Under the pieces are notes generated by a model that was not told where the DNA came from, did not search any database, and saw nothing but the letters and a program-made list of their open reading frames with translations. This document shows, in pieces, positions 10,603 through 24,300 of a DNA stretch of 64,000 bases. Position numbers and translations under genes: made by a program. Positions within the stretch are counted from its first letter, which is position 1. Every line of letters begins with the position of its first letter. The DNA comes from Catajapyx aquilonaris (Eukaryota). The stretch spans positions 1 through 64,000 of the forward strand of contig KZ538056.1 of the NCBI GenBank assembly GCA_000934665.2. The letters run 5' to 3'.

Positions 10603-11758
10603 AGCAAAATATATATTTCCGTGTTCGAGGACATATAAACTTCCAAGTTAACATGTTAATATTTCTATGCTAGAGCTGTCTATGACCTCGCTGCTACATG
10701 TCAGTGCAACGAGGGAGTGGGGTGGGGAGGCTCATGGTGTGTGTTTTGGAGGGGAAGTGGAGTGAGGAAAGGGATGGAAAAGAGGGTATAGGGAATGGTT
10801 TGGGGGCGAAACATTCACTCGATAATCATATCTACACAACTGCGCCCGTCCTCTACTGTAAAATTCACGACGGGAATATTTTAGTAATTAATATGATAGT
10901 TTTATCCTGGAGAGGCTATATCGATCTATTGACTCCTTCGACTAGCAGTTCCACCTGTCATATAGCCCACTGTCAAACCGTACTCTTTTTTTCGAAACTT
11001 TTTGTCTCATTTTGGCAGTATGTTTTTTTTACGTGTGATTCTCTCGGGTATAATGGGAATTTGATGACTCGGAGTGCTGGATTGGTGGTTCGGTTGAGAC
11101 AAGCAAGTGGGTTGGGGTTAGGGCCTTCCTTCCAGTCCTTCCATGTTTTTCACTACTATAGATACAGAAGTGAAAAGTTGAGGCTGCAGTAGCAGCCACA
11201 TACAGTACTGTATAACTCTGAGGGGGGCTCTATCTATAGCTCGGAGCAGTAGATTTATTCCCTTGTCGCAATGACGCAAGTCGTGATGTGCGCATATGTG
11301 TCAAAAGTCGGTGTTGCGCTTGTCTGTCTGCCTGCCTCCCTGCCTCTCCTCAATTAAGGCGAATTCTTCCTATACAGGCGCTCACTCTTCCCCGGGGAGC
11401 GATGTCAAACTGGGGAGTGTGACGTGAGGCCATTTGCTACCAACTCGCTCTCAAACTTGGATTGTCGATAATTCCCTACATCTCTGTCGTAAAAGTGCAG
11501 GATTTCACTAACAGAATCCCTGGCTTCAAAAATAGTGACTGTGGGGAGAGAGAGAGAGAGAGAAAAAAGGAATGTCGATAGTACTGCGGGCGAAGAGTAG
11601 GGCCAAGGGCGTGGAATGGAAACTCGCGATGCAATACTCCTATGCAGCAGAAGGGGGGGACACAGTACAGAGTGGGTTGTGCAAATGGGTGGCACTTTCT
11701 TTTTTTTGTTTAAATCGTGTGAGATTTAGTAAAGAGTAGTCCTAGGTACCAGAGAGCG

Positions 11759-12394
11759 TCAATAAGGGTCGTCGTTTCTTTTGTGGCACGCTCGACAGAG
11801 GAGCAGGAGGAAGCAGAATGCCAGAAGGGCACCACCAGAGGCGCCCAGTCCGACTGCCAGCCAGTTGACGGCCTCTTCGTCGGCCTTGTGGCACAGCTCT
11901 GGGTCCTCGTCAGGGGCTACTGCGCCTTTGTTGACCCCGTCGGTGGTGGCGGAGGTGGAGTTATAGGCAGGGCAGTTGGGGTGTCCGTTGCAGAGGAGCT
12001 CGGACGGGATGCAGAGGGGCTGTCCAGGACAGGCAAATGCGCACTGTGTGGTCAGCGGGGAGGTCATCAGGGAGCCGTCCTGGTTTCGGGGCAGGTGGAA
12101 CAGCTGGGTCCAAGCCAGCTTGAAGGAGGCCCTGGTCGGGGAGGAGGCCTCCCATCGGACGTTGAGGGGGCCTCCGGACAGCTGCTTGGCCGACAGAGGA
12201 GGAATCTCCTTCAGCTGGGAAGCGTTGTCCCCGCACACGGTCAGGAAGGGGTCCTTGGCCTTCGGAAGGAACACTTCCAGCTTGCCTTCGGCGCAGGTGC
12301 GGGATGCAAATCGCAGCCTCTCAAAGTGAAGCCACAAGTCTCTCTCAGGCTGCACACTCACTTCCCACACACACAGCATTGGCTGGTCTGCTTC
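11759..12394 (-). CDS. CUB gene exon 8: rest of CUB5, LDLa-like, TM, tail
   Basis: Acceptor atgcag|GAA (phase 0); EADQPMLCVWEV...CRACHKRNDDPY, TGA. Confidence 0.88.
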   Translation of the reverse strand, partial: EADQPMLCVWEVSVQPERDLWLHFERLRFASRTCAEGKLEVFLPKAKDPFLTVCGDNASQLKEIPPLSAKQLSGGPLNVRWEASSPTRASFKLAWTQLFHLPRNQDGSLMTSPLTTQCAFACPGQPLCIPSELLCNGHPNCPAYNSTSATTDGVNKGAVAPDEDPELCHKADEEAVNWLAVGLGASGGALLAFCFLLLLCRACHKRNDDPY

Positions 12395-15300
12395 CTGCAT
12401 GGACCCAACCCGAAATCGCAAATCAGCATATATATTACTACATCTGGAATTGAATTTATACCGAGACACACAGCCTTCGCTCGGCACAATTTTGCCAAAC
12501 TCCACGTGACATTTGCAACGAATAAGAAAGAAACGGAAAAATAGCCAAAAACTTTCTTGGCCAAAAAGCCTCGTTGGTGATTCAAAGGCTATGTGGCGTT
12601 AGGTTGAGATTTGTTACTGTACTTTGACTTTAAAAGGCATCCCCCGTCCACTGTTTCCGAATACCACCCACTATGGATGACCAAAAGCAATAACTGGCGA
12701 GACATGAGCGTCGCAAAACTCGGAATTGTCATTTACCATAATTTTACAGAAGATACATAAGGCATGGCAATTTCTTGACAATATGACGCTCTTTTGCCAG
12801 AAGTTGCCGTATTTATCAATCTACCTGACAAAACATTTTACAGCAATAGCAATTTGGATAGTTCTTATGACTCATTCCCTTTACCGAAAAATCATCGACA
12901 AAATTATACAGTAATTTATTGTTCTTTGATACACTCCAGATTTGTCTGTGCATGGAGTCTGGTAATATTTGTCCCCGCAGTTATTCTTTCAGTAAACGAG
13001 GGAGACGCAAGGGTGGCTCTGAATAACCATGCAAGAAAAAATTATGAAGTACTCATATTGATTTTATCCTCGTCGTTAGACGCCACTTTAAACAATAGAG
13101 ACTCATGGGTGCTGGCCGTTAACAGTCAGGATAAATTTCGATTTAATGTTGCAAGTTACACATGTGGTGCAAAAAGTGCAGAATTTCATTTTGTGCATAA
13201 AATACAAATGCCGATGGTTCATGCTGACACTGCACGTAATAATTATGTGTCACATGATGACATATGACCTTTGCAAGCTTATGTGACGTCTTGAAATAAT
13301 CTGTAACCTATTTTATAAGCATTAGTCGCAAATGCAATAAAAAGTCAATCGGGGTTTTGGAGAAATTTTTGAATCTGCTTAAAATGCGTGCTTGCACTCA
13401 CTTGCCAATATTTTAGCTTCATATCAAATATTAATTTGACCACAAACCTTTCATTTACTGGGTTGTACAGTATACTAATACTATGCAGTCGGCACTACTA
13501 TACGAAAGTTCCTGTTGTCACCTTTTTGCAACAATGTATAACTTGCAATTTAGTTTGACTCAACATACACGCAATACCGTTCAGGTCTAGTGTCGGGGAG
13601 GTATTCTAGTCCCGCCTGCACATGCCAAGCAACATGTGTTTTTTTTGCAAAGTACCTTCGCGGTTACTGCATAGATTTGTTTGTATCAGTCTGTATGCTA
13701 CGTGACGCACATCGAAGGGAACTGTAAAACTAGGCATGCAGAAAAACAGTTTAACATGCTTGCCAAATCTGTGTTTACGGAATTGTCAGCAGATGCTCTT
13801 TTATCCAGTCGAATAGTTCGGAACGGTACTGTACGCCTGTTGAGTTATGCATTATTTCCTGCTCGAGTCAGAAAAAATATCCGCCAGGATAACTTCAGTA
13901 CAAGTGTAAAATAAAATAAAAATGAAGTCACTCGAGCCTGCAATAAAAATGCCCTCCTTAGAAAGTTATGTAAACAGAAATCTGCTTGTGTGTAGGTCGG
14001 ATTCCAGAAGAAGTGCATAATTTTAGGATCGGCACAGCTTCACCTTTACAACGGAGAATTATTGGTACGAAGGGCAGGTTGCATCAACTCACTCTAAGGG
14101 AAAGGTTTCTGGTTATGTATTTTGAATATCCATTTAAAAATCACAAATTTTCCTAATTTGCTCGCACACAACCAACTTCTCAGAAGGCCTATTTCACATG
14201 CAAGAAGTTTATAATGATGCTGAGCATGTATGTCACAATAATTAATTAAGGATGCGGTACCGCTCCAAGAAAATGAGTGGTGGCACTGACCTGCTCGGTG
14301 GGCACCAAGTCTAGATGGGGCACTTGCAGGCTCCCATCGGGCGACGAGGCAGCGAACGTGGCCGGCCCGCACAGCGGACCATGCACGAAGCGATAACTTC
14401 CCTGGAAGATGGGCTGCGGCGACTTGAAGTAATTGGTCATGGCGTGTCGGTGGTCCACCCTGAGCTGTACCTCAATGCCCTCGCTGCCCCTGGACACCAG
14501 CGTGGCCGGAAGAAGGTTAGCGGGGCTCTCCTTGCACAGGCACACTGCCCCAGAACCATTGGCTCCACTGCCCCCGAACCCAGCCCCAGACCCGAGAATA
14601 ACCTTTCCCGCAACCAAGCTCGGATCCCGGAGGCTCACTTTGTCCACAGAGTCCGTCCAGCAGTCCTCACATGTCTCTTGGTTGTACTTGAAGTGCACCC
14701 ACTCCACTGTCACCACCACACGCGCGTATACCCGTGCGTCAGTCACGAACCTACCAACGAACCGCATGTCAGTGATGTCAAATGTATACCGGTACCTATA
14801 TCGTCTACTAGATATACATACCGGTAGGTGCAGACAATGTCTCGGTCCGTCTTCTTGTAGACGAGAGTGTTGAGCGGGGAGGAGAATGTCCCGGCAGGCT
14901 TCCTCCAACTGTAGAAGATCTCGTCGCAATCGGTGTCCGGCACGGGCTGGCCGAAGCGCGTGTCGTTGAAGAAGTCGTAGTGTGCCCAGTAATAGAGGGA
15001 AGACCCGGAGTAGCTTCCCGTCTTGCTCTCGAAGCGCACGAACAGGGCAGAGCTTGTCGATACAAAGTCGTGTTTCTCCAGGGGCTTGGAGAACGTGTCG
15101 CAGAAGGTCTTTATGATGCGTGCGTCGTCCGCCCAGCTCGCGTCGTATATCGTCAGCGACTCGGAGCAGTCGCCTTCCGTTCGAGCGATCCCCGCTTCGA
15201 TGCGGTTGATTCGGAAGCTGGATCCAAATGAAATGTCCATACTGGTTGGCTACCTTCTGATTACTGGTTAAAATAGTTACAGCGTGTTCGCTTACCTGGG

Positions 15301-18300
15301 AAAATAAAGCCTGACCACCTCTTGGGGTCGACCCTTCATGAGGTAGGTGCAAGTGGTGTGCGGTGGATACCAGTGTGCGACGGACAGAAATATTCCTTCC
15401 TTGTCCCCCGACGCCTCCAGAGCGTCGGAGGTGAACACCCAGTCGCAAGTGCCGTTTCGGCGACCCGACGTCTCCACATGTCCCGGCCAGTTGCCCACGT
15501 TGAAGTGGAAGCCGGTGTTGAGCAATGGACCTGAGTCCAAGTGATTTTAATTAGGCTCATGTACGATGTTCCTACACGTCAAGTACAGGAATGATAATAC
15601 CGATAATACTAACCAGCGGGTGCTGTGAGGAACTCGACGAAAAGGTTCTGCGAGGTGCCGATGATGGAGTAAGGGAATTTCCCCATGCCGCAGAAGGACC
15701 CGATGAGCGGCGCAGTCTCATCCTTGCCGTCGTAGATCCGTATAAAGTCGAAGGGGCACCTGGATGAGATGGGGCGCATGGGGCACATCATGATGTTCTC
15801 GCAGCGCTGCCCGTCGATGCTGAACTCCTCGTTCTCTATGTAAAGCTTGATGAAGGGCAGGCGGGTGTTCAGGAAGTATTTGCAGTGCAGGTTGCGCGGG
15901 TACACCCCCGGGTATCCGGGGCTCTGCACGTAGCACGTTTGAAGGCGACAGTCGCGAAAGACTCGCTCGCAATAGGTGCCAGGTATCACCTCTCCGCGAC
16001 GGTTTGGGTACAGCTCCGGATGTTGCCCATATCTCAGGTACACCTATCGAACATGACGCGAATAAACAGCTGTTTAATTATTTACAGTGCTCTATACCCT
16101 TTTTGAGGCACACAGTCTTCAGAATAATAATATTACATGTTTCATACACAAAACGTGTAGCAGGAAAAATAGAAATAAACAAAATGGCCAGTGTAATCAA
16201 GGCGAAATTATTGATACAGTATTATAATTTCCAAACCATGCAGAAATTACGTAATTATGTTCTCTACACTGGCAAAAAAGGTAGACTATGTACCGGTAAT
16301 ATAAAAATTATTCTTTCATGCTCAATATTTTTATGTGAAATTTTTCAGATGTGGTGTAGACACCTCTGTGTTTCACGAAAGAATAATCGTAAATTAAAAT
16401 ATAGAGAAAAACGGTTGCAGGTGCGAATCAGCATGCATACATCTATACAGTATAACAAGGATCAGAAAATTCAATTAGTACAGTGTAAGCACCTTTAAGA
16501 CTACACATCAACGAAGAAGAGTGTACCTGAAAGCGTGAAAATGGGATTGTTTGGATTAAAATACCTGTTCTGAAGTTTGGCGCTAAATCGGTGTTTTATG
16601 GTGAAAAATAGAGTGCCTCAGTGACCAGAGGAAACGTAAACATTGGCCCACTTTGGAAAACGTTTACAGTACATTTAATGAATTTATCTACCATGAAGTT
16701 GACTCTTCCAGTGGGTTAGAACTAGTGTGTAGTGGGTGGCTCCCGCAAAATTGCAGCTTTCAACATGCCTGGGTAGTAAAGCGACCTCCCGGTACCCGTT
16801 CATGCATCAGATTGTCTGCCATCTGCATAGGGTGCTCCAAAAGTTATGGACAGAACATCCCGCTTCCTGTACCGCTTTTAAAGCCGCTTTACGCATGCAA
16901 AAGTTGCTTGATAAAATCCGGCGTGGCAACCACCGCCTGCTTGTCATTTTAATGGCATTGTCAGCACGATTTGCATCTGCCTAGTGTCACATCCAGGGAA
17001 AGAGACGAAAAAATGACGACTGTATAGCGTTGGATCCTCACACTGTACAATGCGATTTCTTAGCTTCCAATGTATTTTAAGCACTAAATCCACATGTTCC
17101 ATATAATGCGTGCTGTAACATGTAATTATCCACTTTTAAAGTTTTAAAGTTGGGCTTATAAGATCAATGGTGCGGAGTAACAAATTTGAGTAAATTATGT
17201 TGTGGATGATGCAAGCAAATTAAAAAGAACCGCCCTTACAGTCTTCCATCCTGTGTAACTTTGATAAAGTAATCACTACACAACAATTTGCTTTTATCCT
17301 TAGAACAATGTTATTATTCCAGTGGCTGAAAGGCTTCATAGAAACGAGTTGCAACTTTAAGCCCCTTACGGCGACCAATACAGACCATCGCCCTTTTGGT
17401 CCTATATGGCAAAGAAAGAGAGGGTTGAGCCCCTTAGCAGAGTCCAGGGTCTATTAGGGCCGTAAAACAATGGATATGTGCTCGAGAAAAATAGAATTCG
17501 GCTGACCTCAAACTGTTGCTCGGCACGTGAGTCGAAACTGAAGTAAGTCTGGTCCGTGAAGTTGTCCGTAAAGAAGAAGAGTCTGACAAAACTGGTCTCA
17601 GAGATAAAGGTTTGTGGCTGCTCGATTTCTCCACAGAAGTATCCGGGTTCCTTCCGGTTGCTCACACCAGACTTTCCGTTGCCGTCGATCACCTGAGAAA
17701 AAGAAGAATTACCTTTAAGCAAAGAGCAAGCATATAATATCCTCCAGAGACTCTCAGCGACTAATTAGGCCGGCTCTGATTGGATTGTCAGCCGCCTTGA
17801 TCCCAGATCCATTTGGCCTGATTGGTAATAAATAATGTAGCAATGGTTGCCGCAGGATGATGATTGTAATCGGCGGCAATGCGCTGCAAATCCGTGTGTA
17901 ATATGCAAGAGGTCGCACGCGAGCTGTTGGGCGAACATTTATGCCACTCGCATTAATTGATGCGCTATGTATAGCCCTAGCCCTATGAGCTCTATCCCTT
18001 CATCTCACTAATTCTCACTCATCATTCTTTATTCAAATGACGTCACCATGCTCTTCCTAGCCGTGATTATGATGAGGATGATGATGGGGATAATGAATTG
18101 TGGTCAGTCGTCCGCTCTTTATTGTTTGAGGACTCATTTCGGCCACGCGTACTCAATTCGCTGGAATTATTTTGTCAGTTACCGGTCAGTTCATTTCCTC
18201 TCAATAATAGTTGCATCAGATCAGAAATTAAACAGTCGTTATGTATGCTTCAAATATTGATTCGGCGTGATTCAACTGCAGGTGTACCGGGACCAGCACA

Positions 18301-21300
18301 AATAAACTTCGTGTGCAGGTGTTTGGTCGCGGTGGAACTGAGTTGGTTTCCTTTGTGACATTTGTGTTCACAAATTTACGGTCCATTTGTCATCATTTCA
18401 TTGCTGCTTAATTACAGCAGGCTGATTGGATCATTGAAAATGGCAACCATTAGGTAGTGAGAGTGCATTTAGCATTGGGGCGGTAGAATAGAGGAGAAAA
18501 CTTTAAAAGGCATTAGAGTAATAGTGTTTTCTTTTGGTTGCGAGTAATTTAAGTTGGTAGTGGTGAATTTGAGAAAAATGTCGAAAATAACTTACACAGA
18601 ATACAGTGCAAGTATATCCCAAAATGCACCCTTACAGCAAAATCATTTCAGGAAAAGCAAGTTTAGAGGCACTGTATACTGTACTTCACAAGTTGCTGAA
18701 CTTGTGTTTCGATTCTCAGAATATTTCTAGCTGTGCTTTTCCATAGAATTTAGCCAAATGAGAAACCAACCTTGCTTGGGGAAGTTCAACACTCCTCTGG
18801 TAGTACGCAGGACTCTTCATAATATTCTGGTGCAGATTGAACAATAAAAATACTGCATAGGCCTACCAATAGCTTGTAGAAGTGGCAAATTCTGTCAGAA
18901 GGTGATAACGTATAATCGCATTCATTATTAAGGCCCGTAAGGAGATCATGTTCTCCTTCTGGTGATATTGTCGTTGTTACTTTGAAAATAGAGCCTCGTT
19001 CACATGCAATATGCCACTTGCTAGCCGTTCCTCATGGTCTCCATGTATCGGCTTCCCAAGCATATATATATTCTTTTGGAACAAAATATTTCTTTTTAAT
19101 GCTAAACTTAAAATGAATTGCGTCGCCACTATCCAATTCTCATATGGTCTTAATACAACGAGAAGTCAAGAAAAACCAGTCTTAATATATTTTACTGCAC
19201 AATAAAAACGCGATCCCTTCCCTACTGAAAGGGTAATGACCAAGATAAAGCCGTAAAGAGAGTGCGAACATTGTTGAGGCTTCTCTCGTCCGTGAAATGG
19301 AAGAAATCCATGCTGCATGTAGGCATTCTTTTATTATCCGTAATCTGACACTGCGGAATAGCAATGCTCTTTTACAGTTGAAAAATATCGAGCTACCAAG
19401 TTTTAGCCAAAAGAGTCCCGTTTGCTAAGGGAACTGGTTTTTCTAAAAAATAAAGCACTGCTTCTACTATATCTTCCTGTGTTCTGAACGGCGCAAACGA
19501 AAGAGACACTTTTCAGTGCCTTACTGTATGGGGCAATACATTTGGCCCTTTGTATACTCGAAAAAAACAGCTAACGGCGATAGAGTGCGTAGCGAACGCT
19601 TTCGAGTCATTTACTTATCGATTTCCTATAATTTATATCTTTATACTTCAGATTAATGCCTACTGGAAAACACGCCGTGAATTTTTATTGTTATTTTGTC
19701 TGACAGATTTATAACTTGGCTGCTCACTAGAATATGTACCTAAGCAAGTGCACGTGTAGAGCTTTAATAGCGGTTTTGTCACTGTCACTATTTTCAACAT
19801 TGATATAGCGACGTATTTTGCCAAATGTATGTTTTTGAACTGCGAAGTGAGAACTAGTTAGCTCACCTGTCAGTTCCAATCTTCCACTGTACTGTAATGC
19901 TCAGCCATTTCCCGCTCCATTAAATCGAGAAATATCTTGCATGTTGCATGAAGTGTACCAATTTAGACACTTTAAGCCTTGTGGTAAACTGTTGTTTAAA
20001 ATTTTAGCAGCCTGGAAATGCATAAAATTTGAGTTTTTCATGTACTGTACGTCACTCACGTTGTACAGTACAGTACTTGGTCTTTGGAAGCAATTTCAAT
20101 AGCGTTAAAACTAACTCATGAGTTTAATGAGACCATGTCATTATTCCATCTTTTTGATACTCTATTTGAGTAAAAAAAATAACACAATTTGTTTTTATAT
20201 CCTAACTTTGATGCAAGCTCCGCAGTTTTGTTGCTTTTATCTCTGTAATTACAAAATCAGCTAATAAAGCTGTACTAATTTCGATGTCCCGAGAGGTAAC
20301 TTTCATAACAAAATAACCCACATCCGACATTGACCTACTTTCAAGTCCGAGCGGTGTATTGAACAAGGGTATTTGTAGCTTAACTTTGCAACATGATCAA
20401 ATTAAGTCGTTAGAGCCCAGGGTACGTGAGCAGAGTCTCCATAGCAACTTGTAGAATTACATCGGTAATAACAGCATTATCATTTGGGCCCTTCAAGATT
20501 CACCTAGGCTAGCACTATTACTGCTCCGAAATCAATAAGTCGACCTACTGAATTCAGTCAATAGCTTATAAGTTCTTAACTTGTCCAATTCGTTGATAAA
20601 ACCAGTTCTCCTTTCATATTACACTTCTTTACCGGTTTCATGCATACTGGGTGGTTGTACAGTACGGTTATACAGAGCGACAAAAGAGTTTCAGAAAAAA
20701 AGCATACGACCACAAGAATTCGGGAAAGGTTTAATAGGCAAGATAAGTTTTTTTCATTTTTGATTTTTACTGTCGTTTATTTTTTCGTGACATTCATGGG
20801 AGATAATTATGGTGGAGCATATTTCAGTTCAGTTGTGGTAAGGCTAGTTTGTACCTTTCCGTAAAGCAAGGGCGAAGTTCCAAGAAAGCGATAGCGAGTT
20901 AAGAAAAGAGCGAGTGGAAATGGAGAAATGAAAAGTGACAGGTGGGCTAGGATGAATAATTAGCCTTTCTGGCAGCCGGACGTGCTCAGCTTGACGAAGA
21001 AAAATGAGACGGAAGCAAGGAGAGCGTCAAGATTTGCGAAAGCAATGGCTGAGTTTCGCACGCCCATCTTTGGTATCCACGGCATCCCCAGTTCCGCATC
21101 AGTCACTCCCCAAGTAATCCTCCGATAAATTCGCCGCCTTCCTCTCATCAACCTGTAGACCAAAAGCAACGGGGTCACGTTATGCCAGATGTAATTCCTC
21201 TTATTTACGAGACCTGGATCCCATCATCACACGACGCAGTTGCGCGCACACATATCAAAGAGTTGCTCTTAGCATGCTGGCACACAAAAGCGGCAGTCCC

Positions 21301-24300
21301 ATCGCCTAGCTAGTTACATCTCCTCAATTTCAGGCTCATAAAACGCATGATGAATTTCATTCTCGGTTACCAACTGATAGGATTACAGTGCAAAGTTGAA
21401 AGCGTTGTAAAAGTTTGGTGCTACTTGGGTCTCCTCTCCCGCTCGCTTTCGGCGGATATGGAATGAACTCAAATGCAATGGTGTACGCATCGAGAGGTAA
21501 GCCGGTACGGAGTGAAGAAGTGATCACATTCGAAGACTTTTGGCGAACAGAACCTTTCCATCAGGGTTCAAGTAAGCCTTATTCCGCCATGTTGGATCCG
21601 GTTTTCCAGCGGAACGATTTTTGCTGCCACCCCACCTACCCCACCCCCAGGTTTCCTTCACCACCCCTGCGTCCACCCAACCATTCATGAAAGCAGGTCC
21701 GCCATAAAGAGCCCTTTTTTCCCCAACTCGAAAATGAAAGGAGTTTATTTTAGGTAGGACTCCTCTACTTTCCCCCTTTTGGAGTGGGCATAAAGCGCCC
21801 TCAATTGGGCAGGTAACTTTGCGGATTGGGAACCTACACACACACTTTCATACCACCCCCCCCCCCACCCTACTCCAATTATTCTGGCAGAAAAGCGCGG
21901 GAGGGCGTTTTACTCGCCCGCACTTTGGGAGTTTATGAGAAGGGGTCCTAGGGCTTATCTGCTCCCCATGCCCTCGACGTGTGTTAGCTGGCCTATCCTC
22001 CTCCGTTGCAACCCGATTAGGTCCGCATTAGAAGCCGGTGCACACGCGCTTCTACCCACCTCCCTATACCACCTCCCCCTCCCCTCTTTCCACTATACGC
22101 TTTTCCGAACTCTTCACGCGTGATTTGCTTGCCACTAGTACTACAGACTTTATATACACAGTCAGTAGAGCCACAAACCAAGAGTCCAGAAGCAAATCAA
22201 TTCCTTGGCTCTCCACTTTTAGAGCTCTTTCAGACCGGAAACTGCGGCTATAACTGGAGCCATCAGAAGTCGGTGTACTCCTTGGGTTATTCCCGTCACG
22301 CAACTGCCAACTAATGACGGCGCCAAAAGGGTCTGGAATCAATTCATGATTGATGGAATCGCGGCTGATAAAAATTATTTAAAACTCTCGTACCACCATT
22401 TTTCAAACAATTTTACACACGAAGGTGCTGGTGTTCTTTTCAATATCACGGCTAGATTGTTCCCGATTGTTCTCGACACTAACTTGTGCGAGAGATATGA
22501 GCAAGAAGAGTATTCTGGGCCACTTCAAGTATATAAGACAGATGATGTCCTTTCTTGTCTGCATTCCTTCCTAACCAAGGTGCCTCTCCCACGTTGTCTC
22601 TCCGTGGCGATTAAGAATGTGAATATTCCATGACACGGAAGTCTCAAGGTGGCATCTACTGCATTAAACAGAGACTAGTGCGTCTCTCGCTCGCTTGTAT
22701 TTCCTCGGAGGCCTTACCGCCAGAGTTTTTGTTCTCAAATATTCAGGTTCTCTACGGCAGTCTTCCTCATCAAAAGCAACAGTGGTCTGCACAATATAGT
22801 GTATAGTTAATAAGCAGGGAAGGAGAGAAAAAAGTTGCGCTATACGTTGCGGTGTGTTGCGACCCTTAATTCCTTAAAAGCTGGGCCTACTTACAAAAGA
22901 AGTATCACTTGTCAACTCCCTGCTTCCCTGCCCAGAAAATAGGCTTACATGGCAGTTACTCATTTTCATAATGGCACAAAGCACTTCTCACCACCGCTCT
23001 TCCTATATTGAACAACTAAGTGCACCTTTCAGGCTTCCGGAATTCTGTAATTCATTTTCACATAACAGGGAGAAAGCCTATTTGTTGCATTAGGCCTTTC
23101 ATTAGCGAGATATAGGGTCAACCCTAGCCAATTTGAAAATTACCACAAAGAAGGCACGAGCAAAATGACATTATGATGTACTAAAGCTAGTTACAGGTTA
23201 TTAAAACAATGTTGATGTCCATTTAACACAAATCTCTGATAGCGTTTTGCGCACTGTCCTTATTTTCATGGCATTCTTGCTGTAATCTGGTTTGATGCAG
23301 ATGTTTACCCTCGTGTTTACCTTTAGCTTGCTTGTTGGATCATTTTGTGGCAAGGCTAATGATATAAGGATGAAGGCGTAATTCCAGGTTTATCTCCTAC
23401 CCTCAGGCTAAACACCGCAGTAGTGTTATAGCTACAGCAGTGTACCCTCAGAAATGCTCGTTTCCCTCGCAAGGATGGAACACTGCTGCATCACGCTCTG
23501 AAGAAAGCCTCCCTCCCGAGATCTTTATTTTCAAGGCCAAATAGTTTTCATCCTGGACCCTCTGCAACCCAAGCGCTTCTCTTGCCTAGCAGGAGGAGCA
23601 TGCAACAGGGGCATAATGAGCCCCGAAGCATTACACCAAGACCAACGTGCTGTACAGTACTCGCACTGTACTCCTTTTATGTGTAAGTTTGTGCTCTTTG
23701 TATGGCACAAAGCCATACATAATGCGCACCGCTTCTTGCGGTCTACCTCTTACATTGTAGAAGAGTATGCAAGCTGCAAGTTCCTACGAGAAAACAGTCC
23801 CGCCATAATAGTACATTTTGCCATATACCCCCACGGGCAGGCTGCCAGTGGTTGACAAAGAGAACTAGGCCCGCACGCACCCATCCACACACCCCACCCA
23901 CCCCAGCCGCAGAAGCAGGCAGAGGCAGGCAAGGAGTCTTTGGGCAGAGGAGGGAACACAACAACAGCTCGGGGCCGCTGGGGAATTGGATGAGAAGCAA
24001 GACAAGGCACCGGGATTAAGCATTTTTCAAAAGTTGGGGAGGTAGATGCAGGCAGGCAAGGCGGACTTGTAATGAATTAATTCCCAGGCGGCAAAGTTGG
24101 CTAGAGGTGAACAAAGGACATGCGCGCGCATCTGATTGTATGCTCTGTCCTCCAGCCTACGTCTCTCTCTCTTGCCCTGGCACTGCCATGCTGGCACCAG
24201 AGCTCCAACTATATAGACTCTGGGGGAAGGAGGAGTTAATTTCCTATTCTCAGCTTTCCTAGTTCTGCTGCCGCCAAGTCTGGGCCAAGTGGAGCACACT

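Noticed and set aside
11726..11761. Stop-codon readthrough of the CUB gene (TGA-C) adding RSLVPRTTLY
   Set aside because: Only the +4 C supports it; no CUAG motif, no evident structure and no conservation data.
11783..12544. 253-aa plus-strand ORF and other ORFs antisense to CUB exons
   Set aside because: Shadow ORFs produced by the GC-rich codon usage of the real minus-strand exons; no recognisable domains.
14246..15448. 400-aa minus-strand ORF, the longest in the track
   Set aside because: Only 14291-14750 is real (exon 7). The rest is off-frame read-through of exons 5-6 and two short introns.
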